Assembly (NCBI RefSeq): GCF_002945325.1
Contig: NZ_CP026606.1
Location: 1,560,001-1,592,000 of the forward strand
Direction of reading: 5' to 3'
DNA length: 32,000 nucleotides
From: Methanococcus maripaludis
GTDB lineage: Archaea > AGJL01 > Methanococci > Methanococcales > Methanococcaceae
The translations under genes were made by a program, and so were the position numbers. The notes below the pieces were generated by a model. It saw only the letters and a list, made by a program, of their open reading frames with translations, was not told the DNA's origin and searched no databases. This document shows positions 28,780 through 32,000 of this stretch, piece after piece (the stretch's first letter is position 1; each line of letters starts with the position of its first letter).

Positions 28780-29730
28780 ATGCTTGAAATTCTTGGTTAC
28801 CATGCTGGATCTTTTGAAGTTTTGAATTTGGATGACGTAAATAGTGAACACGATCTTATATGGATTGACTGTTATGACCCCTCAGACGTGGAATTAATTG
28901 AACTTTCTAAAAAAATAGAAATAGAAACTGATGAATTAAGTCTTGGGCTCGATGAGCAGGAAGTTCCAAGGGTCGAAGAAGAAGATACTTACTATACAAT
29001 TATTTTTAAAGCCCCGTTATTTGAAGAAGACATCACAACTACTTCTTTTGGACTTTACGTAAAAGATAACATCATCCTGACGATTCATGCGGATAAAATC
29101 AAGTCAATTGGGCGACTCTACAATCTTGTAAAGACAAAAAAGCCAAAAACCCTTCTCGATAAAGGAAAAGGATTTTTTATATACACAATTTTAAACCAGA
29201 TTACGATAAGCTATTCGAGAATTCTTGTAAACCTTGAAGATCAACTGGATATTTTAGAAGACAGAATAGTTCAGGAACAGAATAAAAACATGACCGAAGA
29301 AATATTACAGCTTAGAAAAATGCTTGTATATTTCCACAAGGCTCTTATATCAAACAAAGATGTTATTTCAGTTTTAAAACGAAAGTATCTTTCAATAACC
29401 ACTCAGGAAGATAGGTGGGAATTTGAAGATTTATACTACGATATTCTGCAGTTAATTGACATGGAAACAACGTATCGTGAGCTTTTATCGTCAATGATGG
29501 ATATGTCACTTTCGATTGAAAACATAAGAATGAATCAGGTAATGAAAATTCTTACAATGATTACTGCACTTTTTGCCGTTCCAATGTGGATTACTGGAAT
29601 ATATGGAATGAATTTTAAGTACATGCCTCTTTCAGAGAGCCCTTATGGATTTTGGGTAATTTCTTTAGTATCTATTGCGTTTATACTGGTAATCAGTCGC
29701 ATATTCGTGAAAGAAAAATGGATTAAATAA
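28780..29730 (+). CDS. CorA-like magnesium/divalent cation transporter
   Basis: C-terminal [33 protein letters not shown] with the GMN signature followed by a second TM helix. Likely ATG 28780. Confidence 0.94.
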   Translation: MLEILGYHAGSFEVLNLDDVNSEHDLIWIDCYDPSDVELIELSKKIEIETDELSLGLDEQEVPRVEEEDTYYTIIFKAPLFEEDITTTSFGLYVKDNIILTIHADKIKSIGRLYNLVKTKKPKTLLDKGKGFFIYTILNQITISYSRILVNLEDQLDILEDRIVQEQNKNMTEEILQLRKMLVYFHKALISNKDVISVLKRKYLSITTQEDRWEFEDLYYDILQLIDMETTYRELLSSMMDMSLSIENIRMNQVMKILTMITALFAVPMWITGIYGMNFKYMPLSESPYGFWVISLVSIAFILVISRIFVKEKWIK

Positions 29731-29743
29731 TTTTGGTGAAATT

Positions 29744-30013
29744 ATGAAGGAAATAATTTTATGGCCCGCGTATATTGATCTAAAAAGAACCAAAAACGAA
29801 GGAAGGAAAGTTCCAAAAGAAATTGCAGTTCAAAACCCGAAATTAAAAGATATTGCGAGCAAAATAAAAAAAATGGGTTTGGAATATAGTGTTGAAAATA
29901 AAAAAAGTTATCCTAAAGAATCTTGGGAAATTTGCGGATACATAAAAGTAAAAGTGGATGAAAGTACTTCAAAATTACAATTTTTAAAAGAGATATGTAA
30001 TAACATGAAATAA
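29744..30013 (+). CDS. srp19: Signal recognition particle 19 kDa protein
   Basis: [37 protein letters not shown]...[15 protein letters not shown] matches SRP19. Confidence 0.93.
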   Translation: MKEIILWPAYIDLKRTKNEGRKVPKEIAVQNPKLKDIASKIKKMGLEYSVENKKSYPKESWEICGYIKVKVDESTSKLQFLKEICNNMK

Positions 30014-30325
30014 TTATTTTTTAAAATTTTCATGTTTATTTTCAAGTTCCGAAAGTAAAAATTTAACCCTGTTTTCCAGTTTTTCATAACTTTTTGAGAT
30101 ATCCCTATATTTTTCATAGAGTTCATTTAATTTGTGATGTAAGTATTCAAGTTCTACGTTTTTTTGACTTATTTCATTTTTTAACTGGCTATTTACGTAA
30201 ATTTCATGCCTGTATTTTGCTTCAAGTGCAATATATGACTTTTTAGATTCAATATATATTTTTTTAATATCTTCATATTTATCTCTTGAAACGGTTTCCT
30301 GCTTTTTCTTTCGGATGTTAAACAT
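30014..30325 (-). CDS. Small coiled-coil protein of unknown function
   Basis: 103-aa ORF, charged/heptad-rich (QLKNEISQKNVELEYLHHKLNELYEKYRDISKSYEKLENRVKFLLSELE); converges with srp19. Confidence 0.65.
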   Translation of the reverse strand: MFNIRKKKQETVSRDKYEDIKKIYIESKKSYIALEAKYRHEIYVNSQLKNEISQKNVELEYLHHKLNELYEKYRDISKSYEKLENRVKFLLSELENKHENFKK

Positions 30326-30337
30326 TGAAAATCACGT

Positions 30338-31426
30338 TTAACTATTTATTAATCCAGTAAGTGCTTTTGCAGCCCCTTCCATCGAGCTTTCGAAGCTTAT
30401 TCCGTTTTCAGATAATATTTTTCTTCCTTCTTCTTCATTTGTTCCCATCATCCTAACAGCAAACTTAAGATTTGGATTTTCTTTTAAAACATCTACAATT
30501 CCCATCGAAACTTCATCACACCTTGTAATTCCGCCAAGAATGTTTATGAATGCCCCTTTAACGTTTTTCCGGGATGTTGCTTTTAAAAGTGCTTTTTTTA
30601 CAGTTTCCCTATTTGAACCACCGCCAACATCTAAGAAACATGCAGGGTTTCCGCCAAATTCTTTTACAATGTCCATGCTTGCAAGGGTGAGTCCTGCACC
30701 GTTTCCAATAACTGCAATGTCTCCATCAAGTTCAACATATGCAAATTCGGATTTTTCCTGTTTATTAAATTCTTCAAATTTCTCGTAGTTATGTCTAAAG
30801 TATGCATCGTCGTCAATATTCAAAACCGCATCAGCAGCAATGATTTTTCCATCTTCAGTAAATACAAGCGGGTTTATTTCGGCTAAAATTCCATCCATGT
30901 CTTTGAATGCTTTATAAACTTTGCATAATACATCTGCTACTTTTGGAATTTCCTGGCTTGGAATGCCTGCTTTTTTAAGCATACCTCTTGCAAGGTATGG
31001 TAAAAATTCTTTTTCAGGGTTTAATGATAATTTTATTATTTTTTCGGGAGTTTTCGAAGATACTTCTTCGATATCTACTCCGCCTTCTGTTGAAAATATA
31101 ACAACATTGTTTTTTTCGTTTCTATTAACAACAACGCCAACATAATACTCTTTTGCAATTTTTATCTGCTCTTCAAGGAGTACTTTTTCAACAAGTTCTC
31201 CTTTTACCGTGTTTCCAATTAATGATTCAATTTTTTCGTTTGCATCATCGACATTATCTGCAAATAAGATTCCGCCAGCTTTACCTCTTCCACCAACTAA
31301 AACTTGCGCTTTTATGACAACAGGATAGTCGATGCTTTCAACTTTTCCACATACAAGTTTATTTTTTGGAATAGGGATATTATTTTCTTTAAAAATTTCC
31401 TTTGCTTCGTATTCGTGTAATTTCAT
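30338..31426 (-). CDS. sucC: Succinyl-CoA ligase (ADP-forming) beta subunit
   Basis: MKLHEYEAKEIFKENNIPIPK, VLVGGRGKAGGI, EINPLVFTEDGKIIAADAVL, FLDVGGGSNRETVKKAL, INILGGITRCDEVSMGIV. Confidence 0.97.
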   Translation of the reverse strand: MKLHEYEAKEIFKENNIPIPKNKLVCGKVESIDYPVVIKAQVLVGGRGKAGGILFADNVDDANEKIESLIGNTVKGELVEKVLLEEQIKIAKEYYVGVVVNRNEKNNVVIFSTEGGVDIEEVSSKTPEKIIKLSLNPEKEFLPYLARGMLKKAGIPSQEIPKVADVLCKVYKAFKDMDGILAEINPLVFTEDGKIIAADAVLNIDDDAYFRHNYEKFEEFNKQEKSEFAYVELDGDIAVIGNGAGLTLASMDIVKEFGGNPACFLDVGGGSNRETVKKALLKATSRKNVKGAFINILGGITRCDEVSMGIVDVLKENPNLKFAVRMMGTNEEEGRKILSENGISFESSMEGAAKALTGLINS

Positions 31427-31483
31427 AAAAATCACCAACAGTTCTCATGATAATAGTTACTGAAAATATAAAAAAACTAGGGT

Positions 31484-31930
31484 TTATTTTGAGATTATAA
31501 TTGAATTAATGAATTTTTCGCAGTATTCGCACCTGATTTTTAACGTGTTTTTCTGTTCGATTGAGAATCTGCTTTCGATATTTTCTTTATTCGTGATGCA
31601 GTTTGGATTGGTGCATTTGATTATTCCGTCAATTCTTTTTGGAATGTCTACTTTAAATTTTTTTATGACTTTTCCTTCTTTTATGATGTTTATCGTTGCA
31701 TCTGGTGAAATTAACGCAATTTTGTTTACATCGTCTTTTGAGAGTTCAAGCCCTTCAATTTTTAAAATATCTTTTGTAACGCCTTTTTTTGACGGCACGT
31801 TTAGTGCAAGTGTTATTGGGAGTTTTTCTTCGATATTTAGTATTTTATAGACTTTCAGTGCTTTTGATCCACTGATATGGTCGATAACAGTTCCGTTTTC
31901 AATGGGTTTTACTTTGAGTTCCCGTTTCAT
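31484..31930 (-). CDS. pyrI: Aspartate carbamoyltransferase regulatory subunit
   Basis: MKRELKVKPIENGTVIDHISGSKALKVYKIL, KDILKIEG, RIDGIIKCTNPNCITNKE...KIRCEYCEK zinc site. Confidence 0.96.
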   Translation of the reverse strand: MKRELKVKPIENGTVIDHISGSKALKVYKILNIEEKLPITLALNVPSKKGVTKDILKIEGLELSKDDVNKIALISPDATINIIKEGKVIKKFKVDIPKRIDGIIKCTNPNCITNKENIESRFSIEQKNTLKIRCEYCEKFINSIIISK

Positions 31931-32000
31931 GACTTCACCAGATTTTTTTATGTAATCTATTAAAAAACTGTTTTAAATCATTACTGTTTTTCAATATATT

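Overview
Window from a methanococcal genome (Methanococcus maripaludis-like, judged from protein content, AT-richness and GGTGA ribosome-binding sites). It is densely coding and mostly housekeeping. From left to right it encodes: thiE (partial) and thiM; an Lrp/AsnC (Ptr2-like) regulator; a rubrerythrin-like protein and an F420H2 oxidase (FprA); sulfolactate dehydrogenase; EndA; aRF1; YjbQ; two tandem cyclophilins; Tex; an NSUN-type methyltransferase; a small archaeosortase; ThiL; a radical SAM/B12 protein; a YchF/Obg GTPase; an HD protein; a large sensor histidine kinase; an EmrE-like transporter; a zinc-ribbon protein; a YkgJ-type protein; an M42 peptidase; a split transketolase flanking rpe; a three-gene membrane/envelope cassette; a DUF373 protein; a CorA-like transporter; SRP19; SucC; and PyrI. 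No CRISPR array, transposon, prophage or clear defence island is visible. The best non-obvious signals are: (1) a textbook archaeal box C/D sRNA (about 13414-13471) with C, D', C' and D boxes, two 12-nt guides, a 4-bp terminal stem, a T-tract and an upstream TATA box; (2) a 13-codon relic (1843-1881) of the 3' end of the Lrp/AsnC gene that differs from the intact copy only at synonymous third positions; (3) a compact archaeosortase in a thiL-NSUN-Tex gene run; (4) a possible structured ncRNA or leader with its own TATA box (about 21883-22000); and (5) an uncharacterised envelope cassette with two overlapping polytopic membrane genes.
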